Positions 62,913-64,000 of a stretch of DNA of 64,000 nucleotides are shown piece by piece (the stretch's first letter is position 1; every line of letters begins with the position of its first letter). The stretch lies in NCBI RefSeq assembly GCF_016717175.1, contig NZ_JADKFZ010000004.1. The stretch is one strand, 5' to 3'. The notes beneath the pieces are model-generated. The model ran no database searches and had not been told where the DNA came from. It worked only from the letters and a program-made list of their open reading frames with translations. The position numbers were made by a program, and so were the translations under genes. This stretch comes from Nannocystis sp. (lineage in GTDB: Bacteria > Myxococcota_A > Polyangia > Nannocystales > Nannocystaceae).

Positions 62913-64000
62913 CGCAAGCCACCCCCGAGGTCCTTCGTTCGATCACCGCGCCGATGCTGGCCACGCTGGCCGTATTGCTGGGCGCCTGCCTGTCGCCCAA
63001 CGGTGGCGACACGAGCACCGATGTGAACCTCAGCAGCGACACGGGCGGTGTGCTGTCGACCAGCGGCGCGAGCGGGTCGTCGACCTTCGACGAGATCATG
63101 ACGACGACCGAGGACTGGGACACCAGCGCGGGCTCGGGCTCCGAGTCGAGCGAGTCGAGCGCGGCCGAGGGCAGCAGCGGCAGCGGCAGCACGAGCGACA
63201 CCCCCGCGAGCTGCGGCGACGGCGTCGTCCAGGCGCCGGAGGAGTGCGACTTCGGGATCGATAACGCCAACGACGCCGGCTGCACCGCCGACTGTCACCT
63301 CGCCACCTGCGGCGACGGCCTCGTGCAGAAGGACGTCGAGGCCTGCGACGACGGGCTCAACGACGGCGCCTACGGCGGCTGCGCGGTCGACTGCAAGGCG
63401 CTCGCGCCCCACTGCGGCGACGGCGAAGTTCAGGACGACTACGAGGCCTGCGACCAGACCGACCCCAAGACCGGCTGCATCGCGTCCACCTGCGAGTACG
63501 CGAAGAGCTGCAAGCAGATCCGCGACGCCCGTCCGGACGACCTGATGCTGCAAGACGGCCTTTACTTCATCAAGCCGCTCGACGCCAAGCTCAAGGTGCT
63601 CTGCGATATGGACGCGGACGGCGGCGGCTACACATTCCTGAAGGTCGCGCTGCCAGGGATGGTCAACTACAACGCCGCGCAAGCCGAGGCCAAGTGCAAG
63701 GAGTACGGCATGCAGCTGCTGGTCCCACGCTCGCCGGAGCACGTCGCTGCCGCCGTGATGATCGCCAATTCGACGCTGCTGGTGCCGCTCGGCGGCGGCA
63801 GTGCCAAGAGCGATCTGAACTACATGAAGATCCTCGGCATCTACCCGGCCGTCGAGAACATGACCTGTATGGACAAGCCGCTCAACAGCACGGATTGTCC
63901 GCAGTGGAAGGCCGCTGGCGACAAGTTCTGGGTCACCGACAAGGGGGTCCCCGGGGCGCCCGGGGCCAAGAATTGTGTGAAGTGCTCCAACGCCTACTAT
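62903..64000 (+). CDS. Lipoprotein with Myxococcus cysteine-rich repeats and C-terminal fibrinogen-related domain (5' partial, runs off the window)
   Basis: ATG at 62903 gives MSKPQATPEVLRSITAPMLATLAVLLGAC (lipobox). Three CGDG...ECD/CDDG repeats. Then DGLYFIKP...LKVLCDMDADGGGYTFLKV matching the FReD signature (CDM..DGGGWT). This frame is not in the ORF track because it runs off the window end. Confidence 0.7.
   Translation, partial: MSKPQATPEVLRSITAPMLATLAVLLGACLSPNGGDTSTDVNLSSDTGGVLSTSGASGSSTFDEIMTTTEDWDTSAGSGSESSESSAAEGSSGSGSTSDTPASCGDGVVQAPEECDFGIDNANDAGCTADCHLATCGDGLVQKDVEACDDGLNDGAYGGCAVDCKALAPHCGDGEVQDDYEACDQTDPKTGCIASTCEYAKSCKQIRDARPDDLMLQDGLYFIKPLDAKLKVLCDMDADGGGYTFLKVALPGMVNYNAAQAEAKCKEYGMQLLVPRSPEHVAAAVMIANSTLLVPLGGGSAKSDLNYMKILGIYPAVENMTCMDKPLNSTDCPQWKAAGDKFWVTDKGVPGAPGAKNCVKCSNAYY

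Noticed and set aside
62723-63742. 339-aa minus-strand ORF, and the plus-strand ORF 62833-63264
   Set aside because: The plus-strand frame from 62903 encodes a coherent lipoprotein with Cys-rich repeats and a FReD. The listed ORFs are other frames of it

Overview
The window is very GC-rich (about 70-72%) and gene-dense, and looks like a chromosome segment from a Myxococcota-type deltaproteobacterium. Evidence for that assignment: two lipoproteins carry Myxococcus cysteine-rich repeats (CGDGxxxxxEACDDGN), two proteins carry DUF4388/PATAN domains, there is a Ser/Thr kinase fused to TPR repeats, and many lipoprotein signal peptides. I call 48 protein-coding genes and no rRNA, tRNA or CRISPR. Most long antisense ORFs in the track are GC-shadow artefacts (R/A/G-rich, no domain logic) and are rejected. 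An 11-gene co-directional minus-strand block (1-12013) encodes a partial esterase lipoprotein, a roadblock/LC7 protein, a CheY-like regulator, a tryptophanase-like lyase coupled by an ATGA overlap to a GAF histidine kinase, TrpB2, an AGCS amino-acid symporter, a lipoprotein and a lipoprotein with two truncated-hemoglobin-like domains. Other genes include DciA-like DUF721, PilZ, a GT2 polyprenol-phosphate mannosyltransferase, a class IV aminotransferase, two aldo/keto reductases, an OPT transporter, an FNR-like reductase, a radical-SAM/DUF2344 fusion, a DnaJ-domain protein, LipA, a histidine phosphatase, a GIY-YIG protein and RecQ. There is also a translationally coupled KS / KS-like / dehydratase / ketoreductase / FAD-halogenase-like cassette (58213-62801), followed by a partial fibrinogen-related-domain lipoprotein at the window edge. 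The most striking locus is a full-length bacterial homolog of the eukaryotic major vault protein (MVP, 30864-33392). It follows three small co-directional genes and lies 1.3 kb upstream of a 1200-aa STAND-NTPase/TM/coiled-coil/WD40 beta-propeller protein, a pairing reminiscent of MVP plus TEP1 in eukaryotic vaults. The window is also unusually rich in repeats. There is a family of short CTGTCC-N(3-5)-GGACAG palindromes at 3' ends of genes (a few inside ORFs). There is a ~1 kb non-coding element (47700-48740) in which long imperfect inverted repeats flank about eight copies of a 37-bp unit. There are several 9/11/12/41-bp minisatellites, and ~55-60-bp tandem duplications sit exactly at gene termini. 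Coordinates in roughly 45040-45590 may be off by up to 2 nt (the printed sequence and ORF-track frames disagree there).
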